A program made the position numbers and the translations under genes. Shown here piece after piece: positions 17,459 through 28,490 of a stretch of DNA of 64,000 nucleotides. Under the pieces are notes generated by a model. That model searched no databases. It saw only the letters and a program-made list of their open reading frames with translations, and was not told where the DNA came from. Numbering within the stretch: position 1 is the stretch's first letter; every line of letters begins with the position of its first letter. Source of the stretch: Spirochaetales bacterium (GTDB taxonomy: Bacteria > Spirochaetota > Spirochaetia > SZUA-6 > RPPD01); NCBI GenBank assembly GCA_016929065.1, contig JAFGJO010000014.1, positions 101 through 64,100 on the forward strand, written 5' to 3'.

Positions 17459-19918
17459 CTAATCTTTTTCCAGCGATTTCCGCTTAAGGCGCAGAGAATT
17501 GGCAACAACATTAATCGAACTGAAGGCCATCGCAAGTTCCGCAATTGCGGGATGAAGTATTCCCAGTACCGCGGCAGGAACCGCGATAACATTATAAAAA
17601 AATGCCCAGAACAAGTTCTGCATGATCTTTCTGAATGTCGCCCTGGAAAGCCTGATCGCCTTTACGACCCCCATCAAGCTGCCTGAAACAAGCGTAATAT
17701 CCGAAGCCTCAATCGCAATATCCGTTCCGGTTCCAATGGCAATCCCGACATTCGCCTGCTTCAACGAAGGGGCATCGTTAATCCCGTCACCCACCATCGC
17801 AACAATTCTGCCCTGTTCCTGGAGCTCTCTTACCACTGCTATTTTTTGAGATGGAAGCAGTTCTGCTTTCACTTCATCAATGCCTGCTTCCTGTGCTATC
17901 GCATCAGCCGCTTTTTTATTGTCGCCGGTGAGCATTATTGTTTTTATTCCCAGTGCATAAAGTTCCTTTAACGCCTGAGCAGAGTCGCTTTTTATCCGGT
18001 CGGATACAGCAATCATTCCGATTGTTTTATTCTCCTGAGCAGCAATAATGACTGTATTCCCTTTATTGAGATGTTCATCAATCCTTGAATCAAATTCATT
18101 CGTATCGATATTCAGTTCCCGGAAATAATTAATGCTTCCCACAACAATTTTTTTTCCGTCAAAAATCGCTTCAATCCCTTTTCCCGTGACTGCTGTAAAC
18201 TTTTCAGGCTTTCCTATCCCTGCACCGTCTGATTCCGCCTTTTGAACAACTGCGCGGGCCAGCGGATGCTCCGAAAGGTTTTCGACTGAGGCGACAATTT
18301 TTAAAAATTCATTTTCCTTGATATTTGCTGAAACCGAGGTTACTGAAGGCTTGCCGACGGTAATTGTGCCAGTCTTGTCGAACACCACCGTATCTATTTT
18401 TTGCGCGGCCTGAATCGCTTCACCATTACGGATAAGAATTCCATTCGTCGCCCCCTTGCCCATACCGACCATCAGCGCAGTGGGGGTGGCAAGTCCAAGC
18501 GCACAGGGACACGCAATCACCAGTGTGGCAATTGAAGCAAAAAGCGCCATCGACACAAGATTTCTGTCAAGATTAATCCAGGGGATGTATGCTGAAAATG
18601 ATGAAAGTATACTGCGTCCTGCTTCGGGAAATATCATCCAGAACAGAAATGTCGCAGCCGCAATCAATAAAACAATTGGAACAAAAATGGAAGTTACTTT
18701 GTCGGCAAATGCCTGAATCGGAACCTTTGTGCCCTGCGCTTCTTCCACCATTTTGATAATCTGTGATAAAAAAGTATCCTTGCCGATTTTTTCTATTTTT
18801 ACTTTTATCGCACCCTGCTGGTTTACCGTCGCGCCGATCACCTTGTCTGATACGGTTTTGTCAACCGGGATCGATTCCCCGGTGGCGATTGACTCGTCTA
18901 TTGCAGTACTGCCCTCAATAATTTCACCGTCCACCGGGATTTTTTCGCCGGGACGGACCAGCACACGGTCATTTATCTGCAAGACCTCTACCCCGACATC
19001 GGTGAATGTCCCGTCATCATTTTCGCGGTGCGCGGTTTTTGCGCCGAGTTCCAGAAGCTGCTTGATCGCCCGGGAAGCCTTTCCGGTGGCCATCTCTTTT
19101 AGATAGTTCCCGATATAATTAATGCTCATGATCATGGCACCGACAACCGCGAAGTTCTCGATATCCATTCCGAACAGTTTGAGAATACCGGTTGAATACG
19201 CGGCAATTGTCCCGATGCCGATCAGTGAATCCATAGTGAAAGAAAGTTTTCGGATGGAAAAAAAAGTCGCCCGGATTACCGGAAAACCGATGATAAAAAT
19301 CACGGGAAACGCAAGAATCAAATCGATCCAGAAGGAAATCTGCGGCCCGCCTATATGAAATCCAAAAAACATTTCCCCAAGCATTTTGAATGTCAGCGGG
19401 ATGGAAATTGCCCATGCCAGTATAAGGCGTCTTCTCTCTTTTTCCAGATGGCTCAGTTTTTTTGATTCAGCCTGTCCGGTTTCAATCAGCTCATAACCGG
19501 CATTTTTTACCTGTTTACTGAATTGCCCGAAATCAGCAGTCCCTTTTTTAAAGGAAACAACCGCCTTTTTGTCGGTAAAACTGACTGTTGCTTTTTCCAC
19601 TCCGGGAACAGACTGTAATGCTTTTTCGACAGTAATCGCACAGGAGGAACAAGACATCCCGCTCACCATATATGTTTTATCTGTCGATTCAGTATCCGAT
19701 GAAACAAAAGCGTCATAACCGGCCCCTTTGACAGTTTCGATCAGCAAACTGTTTGAAAACATGGATTCTGTTTCAATAAAGGCGTTTTTTGATGCAAAAC
19801 TGACATTCGCGTGTCGGACACCATCAATCTTTGACAAAGCTTTTTGAATCCGGTCTGAACATGAAGTACAGCTCATTCCCTCTATATCAAGTTTTATTTT
19901 CCGGGTCATTTCATTCAC
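17459..19918 (-). CDS. copA: Cu(I)-translocating P1B-type ATPase with two N-terminal HMA domains
   Basis: [45 protein letters not shown], and the YN and MAFSS transmembrane signatures. Confidence 0.95.
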   Translation of the reverse strand: MNEMTRKIKLDIEGMSCTSCSDRIQKALSKIDGVRHANVSFASKNAFIETESMFSNSLLIETVKGAGYDAFVSSDTESTDKTYMVSGMSCSSCAITVEKALQSVPGVEKATVSFTDKKAVVSFKKGTADFGQFSKQVKNAGYELIETGQAESKKLSHLEKERRRLILAWAISIPLTFKMLGEMFFGFHIGGPQISFWIDLILAFPVIFIIGFPVIRATFFSIRKLSFTMDSLIGIGTIAAYSTGILKLFGMDIENFAVVGAMIMSINYIGNYLKEMATGKASRAIKQLLELGAKTAHRENDDGTFTDVGVEVLQINDRVLVRPGEKIPVDGEIIEGSTAIDESIATGESIPVDKTVSDKVIGATVNQQGAIKVKIEKIGKDTFLSQIIKMVEEAQGTKVPIQAFADKVTSIFVPIVLLIAAATFLFWMIFPEAGRSILSSFSAYIPWINLDRNLVSMALFASIATLVIACPCALGLATPTALMVGMGKGATNGILIRNGEAIQAAQKIDTVVFDKTGTITVGKPSVTSVSANIKENEFLKIVASVENLSEHPLARAVVQKAESDGAGIGKPEKFTAVTGKGIEAIFDGKKIVVGSINYFRELNIDTNEFDSRIDEHLNKGNTVIIAAQENKTIGMIAVSDRIKSDSAQALKELYALGIKTIMLTGDNKKAADAIAQEAGIDEVKAELLPSQKIAVVRELQEQGRIVAMVGDGINDAPSLKQANVGIAIGTGTDIAIEASDITLVSGSLMGVVKAIRLSRATFRKIMQNLFWAFFYNVIAVPAAVLGILHPAIAELAMAFSSINVVANSLRLKRKSLEKD

Positions 19919-19932
19919 CTCTCTGTGAAACG

Positions 19933-20145
19933 TTATTTTATCTCCGCTTTATATCCTGCATTCTCAACAGCTTTAATTAAAAAAGATGCTTTGACTGTAT
20001 CTGCTCCGGTTATATATGCCTCTTTTTTATCAAAATCAACATGTGCATCATTTACCTCTGCCGTATCCTTCAATGCTTTCTGAATAGTCATGGCGCAATG
20101 CCCGCAAGACATTCCTTCAAGTTTTAATGTGATTGATTGTGCCAT
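19933..20145 (-). CDS. copZ: Copper chaperone (HMA domain)
   Basis: EGMSCGHC motif; 70 aa; immediately upstream of copA. Confidence 0.9.
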   Translation of the reverse strand: MAQSITLKLEGMSCGHCAMTIQKALKDTAEVNDAHVDFDKKEAYITGADTVKASFLIKAVENAGYKAEIK

Positions 20146-20160
20146 AAATTCCTCCCGGTA

Positions 20161-20304
20161 TTATTTATTGTGTTCCGGTTTATGCTGCCTGTTCAGATCA
20201 CAACAATCAAGCCGGCCTGATCCATACAACTCCCTGTTCGTCTTTGCAAGACGCTCAAGATAACATTTCCATTTATTTTTTATATTGTATAGTAATCCTT
20301 TCAT
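20161..20304 (-). CDS. Small LDCC-motif putative metal-binding protein (47 aa)
   Basis: GAGGAGG RBS before ATG 20304; ...LERLAKTNRELYGSGRLDCCDLN; located between csoR and copZ. Confidence 0.8.
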   Translation of the reverse strand: MKGLLYNIKNKWKCYLERLAKTNRELYGSGRLDCCDLNRQHKPEHNK

Positions 20305-20314
20305 ACAGGCCTCC

Positions 20315-20599
20315 TCACCCGTTTTTTCTGAATTTGGAAAACACATCCATGATCTCTTCTATTTTAGCATGCTGATCACTCACATCACCGCTTTTCATGC
20401 TGTCTGCCACGCAGGTATGCAGATGCTGATGCATGATTATATCCTCAACCCTTCGCATCGCAGCAGCTACTGCCCTGGTCTGCGATAAAATATCAATACA
20501 GTATCTTCCTTCATCAATCATCTTGTAGATACCCCGTATCTGGCCTTCGATCTTGTTCAATCTGGTGAGCACATCACCTTTTTGCTGTTCATACATCAT
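20315..20599 (-). CDS. csoR: CsoR/RcnR-family copper-sensing repressor
   Basis: RLNKIEGQIRGI...RYCIDIL.Q...HLHTCV (Cys-His-Cys ligand set). Confidence 0.92.
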   Translation of the reverse strand: MMYEQQKGDVLTRLNKIEGQIRGIYKMIDEGRYCIDILSQTRAVAAAMRRVEDIIMHQHLHTCVADSMKSGDVSDQHAKIEEIMDVFSKFRKNG

Positions 20600-20623
20600 G
20601 ATGCTTTTTCCCCCGTTATCCAC

Positions 20624-20652
20624 AATATACTATACCCTGGTAGGGTAGTCAA
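20624..20652 (-). promoter_or_regulatory. Sigma70 promoter with a CsoR-type operator in the spacer
   Basis: TTGACT-17-TATATT on the minus strand; palindrome TACCCT-GGT-AGGGTA at 20633-20647 resembles CsoR G/C-tract operators. Confidence 0.85.
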
Positions 20653-20688
20653 ATAGAAACCAGTATTCCCCGCTGGCAAAAAAAGAAG

Positions 20689-21075
20689 TTACCCCTTTAC
20701 CTGATTTCTCATCTCAAGACACTTCTTCACCGCATTTATTAATGTCTTTCGTTCAAACGGTTTTTGGAAGGTGTAGGCAACACCCAGCTTGGCAGCCACA
20801 TCAAGATAGAATCCGGGCTTTATCCGGGCTCCGCCGGAAACGGCAATAATCGGCATATCTGGCCAATTGCTTTTGATATCACGGATCGTCTCTATTCCTT
20901 CTTTATCGGGCATGACAATATCGGTAATAACCAGATCAATCGCCTCAACGTCCAGCAGTTTTTCTGCTTCATATCCGTTTTCTGCTCCAAGCACCTGGTA
21001 ACCTTCACGTGAAAGCATCTGAATCATCATATCCCTGAAAAAATCATCATCATCTATTAAAAGAATAACCGCCAT
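20689..21075 (-). CDS. Single-domain response regulator
   Basis: ILLIDDD, TDIVMPDKEG, AVSGG and QKPF motifs; start overlaps the kinase stop codon. Confidence 0.92.
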   Translation of the reverse strand: MAVILLIDDDDFFRDMMIQMLSREGYQVLGAENGYEAEKLLDVEAIDLVITDIVMPDKEGIETIRDIKSNWPDMPIIAVSGGARIKPGFYLDVAAKLGVAYTFQKPFERKTLINAVKKCLEMRNQVKG

Positions 21076-24029
21076 CAATGTTTCCTTCCGAACTCATCAA
21101 GAACACGCCGAATCTGCGCAGCAAGGTCTTTTTTATAAACAGGTTTCAGGACAAAGTCCTTTATGCCGGCTTCCCGCGCGGTATTTTCATCGACCGTTCT
21201 GCTGTACCCGGTACACAGAATGATCGGAAGATCTTTACGTTTTTTCAGCATACACTGCGCCAGCTCTATGCCGGTGAGCCCCGGCATTGTCTGATCCGTG
21301 ATGACCAGATCATATGCATCAGGCTTCCTGACAAATTCCTTCAGTGCTTTTTTACTGCTACTGAAAGTCTGAACACTGTAACCCATTTTTTCAAGCATTT
21401 CTTTCAGAACAATCATCAGGATTTCTTCATCGTCAATCAGCATAATTCTCTCGGAACCGCCCTGAACCGTAATTTCTTCATCCTGTTCAAGAATATACCG
21501 CTCTTCTGTCTTCGGCAGGTAAACGGTAAAGCAGCTCCCCTTTTCCGGCCTGCTGTCAACAAAAATATTCCCGCCGTGACTCTCCAGAATTCCAAATACC
21601 ACAGACAACCCCATACCGGTTCCTTCACCCACTGCCTTTGTGGTAAAAAAGGGTTCAAAAATATTCGGCAGTGTTTCTACAGGGATACCGATGCCATTAT
21701 CTTTTATGGAAATCACCGAATACCATCCCGGCGGAGTGATAAACCACCGGCTCTCGAGCATCGACTCGACTTTTTTTTCACAATGGGTTATCTTGATAAC
21801 GCCCTTTTCACCTATCGCGTAAGCGGCATTGGTACAGAGGTTCATGACAATTTCGTGTATTCTGGTTGCATCAGCCAGCACCGGTTTCGTATCGCCGGCC
21901 AGTGTATGTCTGATATCAATAGTTGTGGGCAGCGTTGCACGCAGCAGCTGGATCACTTCCTTCAGAATTGGCCGGATGAATATCGGCACCTTTTTCTCGC
22001 CGTGCTGCCTGCTGAACGCAAGGATTTGATTGACAAGATTTTTGGCCCGATCCCCCGCGGATAAAATCCGATACAGGTTTCTTCCAATAAAACTTTCCGG
22101 GTCTGCCTCGTCGAGCGACATTTCGGCAAACCCGATAATCGCCCCCAGAATATTGTTGAAATCATGTGCGATGCCGCCGGCGAGCTGTCCAATGGCCTTC
22201 ATTTTGTCGGACTGGCGAAGCTGCGCTTCCAACTTCAGCCGCTCGGAAATATCAATCCCCACAGCAAGCAGCCCCTGCGTCTTCCCGTATTCATCTTTCA
22301 GCGGTTTCTCATGCCATTCAATGGGAATAATACGGTTGTCCTTGGTACAAATAAAATCAATATTCCCCCTGGTTGATTTCCCGGAAATTGCCGGCATAAA
22401 AAGCTCACAGGTTGTTTTCTGATTCTCCGGTATCAAAAATGTCTGAAACCAGTCTTTTCCCATCACTTCTGACAAACGGTATCCGGAAAGCTCCTCCATA
22501 TAATTGTTTATTTGTACAATTTTTCCCTCAGTGTCGAGAACGATAATAACGGCTTGTGCCGTCTCAATAATACTTTCAGAAAAATCCCGCTCCTTTTTCA
22601 GTTCCTGTACATTGCGGCTGGACTGCAGCGCAATGGCCGCAAGAGAGGCAAAAGCATCCACAACCCGTTTGTCGTTTTCAGAAAAATCTCCCGCCTTGTT
22701 TGCCAGCCCCAGTACACCGACAACAATGTTTTTGTTTTTCAAGGGTGCAAAAAGGACATTACGGAGCACCACGTGTCCTTTGGGCAACAGATGATTCCAT
22801 TCACATTCAGTAAAATTATTCTCAAAAACTACTTGGCCCGTTTCATAAGCTATACTCCGAAGTCCTCGAATCGGCATGGGCAGAGCGGGATCGACACTGC
22901 ACGGCCGTCCCCCGGACTCAAGAAACAGGACGTCATTATTGTCTCCCTTTTCATTCAATAATGCGATATATCCCGATGTTGCACCGGTGAGCTCACAGAC
23001 CATATCGAATATTTTCCGCGCGGTCCCGGAAAAATCTGTACTTCCCAGAACTTCGCGCGATGCCAGAAGCAGCGCATCCTGTTCCCGCTGACGCATTTCC
23101 AGCTTCTTCAGAACCTGTTCTTTTTCCACCTCTGCCTGCTTTTTTGCAGAAATATCAATCATGGTGCCGATCATCCGTTTGGGGCGGTCCTGCATATCGC
23201 GCTCAACAATTCGCCCCCTGACAACCACCCACTTCCAGCTGCCGTCTTTCATCCGGAGCCGGTGTTCATACCGCCAGAATTCAGTTTTTCCGTCGAGATG
23301 CTGCTGTAATGTTTTTCTCGTAGTTTTCCTGTCATCCGGATGAATCCGGTCCTCCCAGCTTTTGAACAGAGCAGGGACTTCAGTTTCCCCCAGGATCGCG
23401 GCCCATCCTGGACTGTAATACACACTGCTGTGCTCAATATCCCAATCCCACAAGCCTTCCTGAGCCGCTTCCATTGCAAGGCGATATTTCCTTTCTGTCT
23501 GTTTCTGTTCCTCTTCAACCCGCTTGGTACGGACAATCTCCCAGGCAACATCGGCAAAAAAGGAAATTGCCCGTGCATCGTCAGGGGTGTAGTCGGTCGC
23601 TTTGTTCCCCACTCCCAGGATGGCAACAACTTTATCCCTGCGCATCACCGGAACAACCAGCTCCCGAACAAGTTTGGCATGACCGGCCGGGAGACCTTTC
23701 CGGTGCGGCAATAATTCATAATTATTGTGAATGACCGGCTTTTTCTGATGAACACAATCAACCCATACGCCTGCATCGGCAACCGGGTAGTGCATACCTT
23801 TTGCATCAGTATGACAAAATTCTTTGAGTGTTCTGGTTGACCACTGCTGTAATGTCAGGGACTTCTGGTCATCAGAAACAAAATGATAAAATCCGATCGG
23901 ACTTGCGGCAATATCGCAGATATGATCAAGAGCAAAAACAAGGAGCTCATCGAGCGAATGTCCTAACGCATACTCTATGAGCAACAACCGTGTCTGAAGA
24001 AAAGACTGATTCGCTTCCATTTTTCCCAA
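21075..24029 (-). CDS. Cytoplasmic hybrid sensor histidine kinase (GAF-PAS-GAF-PAS-HisKA-HATPase-REC)
   Basis: LAGGIAHDFNNIL, NLCTNA, DNGIGI, FEPFFTTK..GEGTGMGL; C-terminal receiver TDQTMPG. Confidence 0.93.
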   Translation of the reverse strand: MGKMEANQSFLQTRLLLIEYALGHSLDELLVFALDHICDIAASPIGFYHFVSDDQKSLTLQQWSTRTLKEFCHTDAKGMHYPVADAGVWVDCVHQKKPVIHNNYELLPHRKGLPAGHAKLVRELVVPVMRRDKVVAILGVGNKATDYTPDDARAISFFADVAWEIVRTKRVEEEQKQTERKYRLAMEAAQEGLWDWDIEHSSVYYSPGWAAILGETEVPALFKSWEDRIHPDDRKTTRKTLQQHLDGKTEFWRYEHRLRMKDGSWKWVVVRGRIVERDMQDRPKRMIGTMIDISAKKQAEVEKEQVLKKLEMRQREQDALLLASREVLGSTDFSGTARKIFDMVCELTGATSGYIALLNEKGDNNDVLFLESGGRPCSVDPALPMPIRGLRSIAYETGQVVFENNFTECEWNHLLPKGHVVLRNVLFAPLKNKNIVVGVLGLANKAGDFSENDKRVVDAFASLAAIALQSSRNVQELKKERDFSESIIETAQAVIIVLDTEGKIVQINNYMEELSGYRLSEVMGKDWFQTFLIPENQKTTCELFMPAISGKSTRGNIDFICTKDNRIIPIEWHEKPLKDEYGKTQGLLAVGIDISERLKLEAQLRQSDKMKAIGQLAGGIAHDFNNILGAIIGFAEMSLDEADPESFIGRNLYRILSAGDRAKNLVNQILAFSRQHGEKKVPIFIRPILKEVIQLLRATLPTTIDIRHTLAGDTKPVLADATRIHEIVMNLCTNAAYAIGEKGVIKITHCEKKVESMLESRWFITPPGWYSVISIKDNGIGIPVETLPNIFEPFFTTKAVGEGTGMGLSVVFGILESHGGNIFVDSRPEKGSCFTVYLPKTEERYILEQDEEITVQGGSERIMLIDDEEILMIVLKEMLEKMGYSVQTFSSSKKALKEFVRKPDAYDLVITDQTMPGLTGIELAQCMLKKRKDLPIILCTGYSRTVDENTAREAGIKDFVLKPVYKKDLAAQIRRVLDEFGRKH

Positions 24030-24278
24030 TGATAATTTTCAATTTATTCTGCCGGAAGCAGGTTTAAAAGCCATAAAACTACCCCATAAATTCAAGTATA
24101 AAAGGAAACGCTCAAATAGCAAGCCGAATATGGGATTATTCTGAATATTGTATATCTGAAGGGGCTGAATTATACGGACATCATCAGATACGGCGACCAG
24201 CTTGACAGATGGTCTGCTTCCCCGTAGGATGAAAATCCTGAAAAATAACTTTATATTCGCAGAATGAAGGAGAAAACC

Positions 24279-25631
24279 ATGGCAGAATCCCAAAATATGC
24301 AGGGTATTGCAATTGTCGGCTGCGGAATCGTCGGCAGTTCGGTTGCAAAAATATTGTCCCGCGACCACTCAATGCTGCAGGCCAGGGTAACCACATCGTT
24401 TTCTCTTGTTAAAATTGTGGATATTAATTTTGACCGGGCCAAAAGCCTTGGGCTCGATGAAACACTCTTTGAAAAAAACCTTGAATCGGTACTGAAAAAT
24501 CCGTCGATTCACTGTGTTGTGGAACTTGTCGGCGGGACAACGTTCGCAAAAGAGGTCATCGAGCGCTCTTTAAATGCCGGTAAACACGTCGTCACCGCGA
24601 ACAAGGCGCTTTTGGCCCATCATGGTAATGAATTGCTTGCGCTTGCCCGAAAAAACAACGTCGTCCTGGCGTTTGAGGCAAGTTGTGCAGGCGGCATCCC
24701 GGTGATCCGTGCATTGTATGACGGGCTCCTGGCAAATAGAATCGATGCCCTGTTCGGCATTGTCAACGGTACCTGCAATTATATTCTGACGCAGATGACT
24801 CTCCATGGAAAAACCTATGAGACTGCTCTTTCCGAAGCACAGAAAAAGGGATTTGCAGAAGCCGACCCCACACTTGATGTATCCGGCGGAGATTCTGCCC
24901 ACAAACTTGCCATCCTCGCCGCACTCGCATTCGGCCAGAAAATCAATCTTGATGCGGTGGATGTCACCGGAATTGACCAGCTCGAACTCTGTGATGTCAT
25001 GTACGGCATGGATTTGGGATATGTGATGAAGCTGCTTGCCATATCCATCCGGCAGGACGGCGGGATTACTCTCGCGGTGAAGCCGTCGTTTATTTCACGC
25101 GAGCATCCACTCGCATGGGTTTCTGGTCCCTTTAATGCCGTAAGCATTTATGGCCACGCAACCGGACACACCATGTACTATGGCCGCGGTGCCGGAGGGG
25201 ATCCTACTGCATCAGCTGTCATCAGTGATATACTCTCGGTAGTAAACGGGAGTGCCCGGGCATCGTTTTTCGGCTGTACAATCTGGCCCGACATCGCTGA
25301 TGCATCAAGGGCAATGCCGGTCTCTGAACCAGTCAGCAGGTTTTACATCCGCGTCATGGCATCGGATGAACCAGGCGTGCTTGCGGGGATCGCCTCGATT
25401 CTGGCAAAATATGGCATCAGCATCAGTTCTGTTCTCCAGAAAGAAAAGGATCCTGATGCCGATATGCCCGAGGCAGTTCCGGTGCTGATCACCACGTATC
25501 CGGCAAGGCAGAACAGTGTCCTCGAGGCAATCAGGGAAGTCGATGAGCTTGCGGTGGTACAGTCAAAAAGCGTCTGTATAAACATCATTGATGAACATCC
25601 GGAATGGAAACACCATAAAACACAGAGCTGA
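24279..25631 (+). CDS. hom: Homoserine dehydrogenase with C-terminal ACT domain
   Basis: GCGIVG, HVVTANKA, FEASCAGGIP, GIVNGTCNYIL, AEADPTLDV and GRGAGG motifs; AAGGAG before ATG 24279. Confidence 0.95.
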   Translation: MAESQNMQGIAIVGCGIVGSSVAKILSRDHSMLQARVTTSFSLVKIVDINFDRAKSLGLDETLFEKNLESVLKNPSIHCVVELVGGTTFAKEVIERSLNAGKHVVTANKALLAHHGNELLALARKNNVVLAFEASCAGGIPVIRALYDGLLANRIDALFGIVNGTCNYILTQMTLHGKTYETALSEAQKKGFAEADPTLDVSGGDSAHKLAILAALAFGQKINLDAVDVTGIDQLELCDVMYGMDLGYVMKLLAISIRQDGGITLAVKPSFISREHPLAWVSGPFNAVSIYGHATGHTMYYGRGAGGDPTASAVISDILSVVNGSARASFFGCTIWPDIADASRAMPVSEPVSRFYIRVMASDEPGVLAGIASILAKYGISISSVLQKEKDPDADMPEAVPVLITTYPARQNSVLEAIREVDELAVVQSKSVCINIIDEHPEWKHHKTQS

Positions 25632-25647
25632 CAGGAAAGGAATTACG

Positions 25648-26826
25648 ATGAAATATGTCGTTATAATAACAGATGGTGCCGCGGACGTCCCGCTTGCTGA
25701 ACTCGGCGGAAAAACCCCTCTTGAAGCCGCGAACATCCCGCACATGGACAGCATTGCTGCAAAGGGAATATTTGGAACCGTCCAGAATGCTCCCCTTTCC
25801 CTTCCCTGCGGCTCAGATGTTGCAATCATGGCAGTGCTGGGATATGACCCCGAAACGCATTACTCAGGGCGCGCCCCTATTGAAGCGGTCGCAAGCGATA
25901 TCGCAGTATCAGAGACCGACTGGGTGTTCCGGTGCAACATTGTTACCATAAAAAACAATATCATGCTCGATCACAGCGCAGAGAATATTCAGCAGGATGA
26001 GGCGGTAAAAATAATCAGAATTTTGAATAATGAACTCAGCACCGAAAAAATTACCTTTTACCCCGGTGTCAGTTACCGCAACCTCATGGTCTACCATGAC
26101 GACGTCGATATCGTGACAACCCCGCCGCACAATATCCTCGACCAGCACATTGAACAGTACCTCCCGAAAGGAAAAACCGCTCCCCTGCTCAACGACCTTA
26201 TCTCAATGAGCCAGAAACTTCTGGAAGAACATGCGGTCAACCCGCTGGCAACCAGCATCTGGTTCTGGGGTGAAGGAAAGAAACCATTTCTTGAAAACTT
26301 TTATAAACAATACAAACTGCGCGGTGCAAGCATTACCGGTGTTGACCTGGTCCGGGGGCTTTCAAAGCTCGTTGGCTGGGATAGTATCAATGTGCCCGGG
26401 GTCACAGCCTATTTTGACACCAATTACAAAGGGAAAGGCGAATTCGCTGTCCAGGCGCTTGAAAAATACGACATTGTCTGTGTCCACATCGAGGCACCGG
26501 ACGAAGCGGGCCATAAGGGCGATGCTGCAGAAAAGGTTCGGGCCCTTGAAAACATCGACACACATATTGTCGGGCCGATCCTTTCGGCACTTGGGCAGGG
26601 AACACAGCCATGGAGAATCCTTGTGCTTCCCGATCACCCGACGCCCTGCACCATCCGCACCCATACCCACGAACCAGTGCTTTTTGCGATGCTTGACAAC
26701 ACACAAAATGCTGATTCTTCCCGGCTACAGAACCGATATTTTACAGAAGAACAAGCCGCCAAAACAGGGCTTCATATCCCGCAGGGATATACACTGATGA
26801 GCCACCTTGTCAACGGAACGCTGTAG
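25648..26826 (+). CDS. ApgM-family (cofactor-independent phosphoglycerate mutase-like) alkaline-phosphatase-superfamily enzyme
   Basis: DGAAD, GKTPLE, GSDVA, GYDP, GRAPIEA, HIEAPDEAGH and PDHPTP...TH motifs; directly downstream of hom. Confidence 0.88.
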   Translation: MKYVVIITDGAADVPLAELGGKTPLEAANIPHMDSIAAKGIFGTVQNAPLSLPCGSDVAIMAVLGYDPETHYSGRAPIEAVASDIAVSETDWVFRCNIVTIKNNIMLDHSAENIQQDEAVKIIRILNNELSTEKITFYPGVSYRNLMVYHDDVDIVTTPPHNILDQHIEQYLPKGKTAPLLNDLISMSQKLLEEHAVNPLATSIWFWGEGKKPFLENFYKQYKLRGASITGVDLVRGLSKLVGWDSINVPGVTAYFDTNYKGKGEFAVQALEKYDIVCVHIEAPDEAGHKGDAAEKVRALENIDTHIVGPILSALGQGTQPWRILVLPDHPTPCTIRTHTHEPVLFAMLDNTQNADSSRLQNRYFTEEQAAKTGLHIPQGYTLMSHLVNGTL

Positions 26827-26884
26827 GCCGTTTTTCACGGCAACCATTCGCGGCGCGACCTTGTCTATTTTACTGGAGGAATGT

Positions 26885-28327
26885 ATGAGCACTTGTTTCC
26901 CGGTCAGAATCAGCCTGATTTTTCTAATTTTTATGTTCAGCTCCCTGTTTCTTTATGCCGAACCGATTTCCACCGATGCCCTGATCAATGCGGTGAAAGA
27001 CGGAAGCCTTGAAACCGTTAAAGAACTCGTCTCGAAAGGCGCTTCTCCTTCGGCATTCAACAGCAAAGGCATTTCCCCCCTGCATACCGCGGCTTATTTC
27101 GGACAGGCACAGATCATGGAATACCTGTGTGCAAAAACCACAGAAATAAATATCCAGGACAACAAGGGATGGACCCCGCTGATGTGGACGGCTTACAAGG
27201 GACATGAAGGCACCGCGGCCGCACTCCTGGCCAAAAACGCCCGTGTCGATATTCAGGCAATCCAAAAACAGACCGCGCTTATGCTCGCGGCACGCAACGG
27301 GTATGCCGGTATTGCCGAACTGTTTGTCCGGCACAAAGCTGATATTCATATCCAGGATGATGAAGGGTGGACCGCCCTCACCTATGCCGCGGCCTTCTCG
27401 CATCTGGATGTGGTCTCGTTTCTTGTCGAAAAGGGTGCCGATCCAAAAAAAACAGACAATGCGGGAAACTGCCTGCTTTCTCTCGCTTTTTCGTCCGAGG
27501 ATATTGATCCCAGGGTAATCGAATACCTGATCAAGAAGGGAAGCCAGGTCAACCATAAAAATTATGACGGATGGACCCCTCTGATGCACGCGATCTACAC
27601 CAACCAGAAACAGGGCGCGGAGATTCTCATCGCAAACAAAGCCTTGCTGAACGAAAAAAACAACAAGGGAATGACCGCTCTGCTCATCGCCTGTGAATCA
27701 AATAACACGCAGGCGGCAGTATTTCTGGTTGCCCGGGGAGCCGATTTCACCATCCGCTCGGCGGACGGCTGGGATGCTCTTCTCTATGCCGCCTCTATGG
27801 GGTCAGAGGATCTTGTTGCTGCACTCCTGATCAAAAAGGCAAGCATCAATACTGCTGCTGCAGACGGGTTTACCCCGCTCATGGCGGCTGCGGCTGCCGG
27901 ACATCCTGTAATAGTAAAAAAACTTATCGCAGCCGGGGCAAATTTGGAGCAAAAAACCACATCCGCAAAAACACCGCTCATGTTCGGATCGTGGGGCCTT
28001 GACGCAGAAGTCATCACCGCCCTGCTTGATGCGGGAGCTCAAGTGAACGAGAAAGATGCTGATGGGATGACCGCGCTGCATCTTGTCTGTGACCGGGAAT
28101 ATGACCTTCCCACCATCAGGCAACCGGATGACGAGAAGAGCGCTGAGCTGGCGAAAAACTATATTGACGGAATCCTGCGCGGATGGGAGGCGGATGCGCT
28201 CAAAGCAGTGGAGATTCTGGTATCGTACAAGGCAGACATCACCCTGCAAAACAACAAGGGCGAGACCCCCCTTGACCTGGCAAAAAAGAAAGACCGGAAA
28301 CAGGTGGCTGCACTGCTTTCCCGGTAG
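26885..28327 (+). CDS. Exported ankyrin-repeat protein
   Basis: GGAGGA before ATG 26885; hydrophobic signal peptide; about 12-13 GxTPLxxA-type repeats. Confidence 0.9.
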   Translation: MSTCFPVRISLIFLIFMFSSLFLYAEPISTDALINAVKDGSLETVKELVSKGASPSAFNSKGISPLHTAAYFGQAQIMEYLCAKTTEINIQDNKGWTPLMWTAYKGHEGTAAALLAKNARVDIQAIQKQTALMLAARNGYAGIAELFVRHKADIHIQDDEGWTALTYAAAFSHLDVVSFLVEKGADPKKTDNAGNCLLSLAFSSEDIDPRVIEYLIKKGSQVNHKNYDGWTPLMHAIYTNQKQGAEILIANKALLNEKNNKGMTALLIACESNNTQAAVFLVARGADFTIRSADGWDALLYAASMGSEDLVAALLIKKASINTAAADGFTPLMAAAAAGHPVIVKKLIAAGANLEQKTTSAKTPLMFGSWGLDAEVITALLDAGAQVNEKDADGMTALHLVCDREYDLPTIRQPDDEKSAELAKNYIDGILRGWEADALKAVEILVSYKADITLQNNKGETPLDLAKKKDRKQVAALLSR

Positions 28328-28430
28328 GATTCCTCCCGTACTTTGCTGGTTTCCGGAAGCAGGATATAACCAAAGAGCGTTTTGTGAAACAATCGGAACC
28401 ACAAGATAATCAGTCATTTCCCCTTAACTA

Positions 28431-28460
28431 TTGACACCAAAAAGTCGATCATGTTAGTAT
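28431..28460 (+). promoter_or_regulatory. Putative sigma70 promoter
   Basis: TTGACA-18-TAGTAT with an extended -10 TG. Confidence 0.55.
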
Positions 28461-28490
28461 ACACCAGCTTCAAGAAAATTGGAGGTTTCG

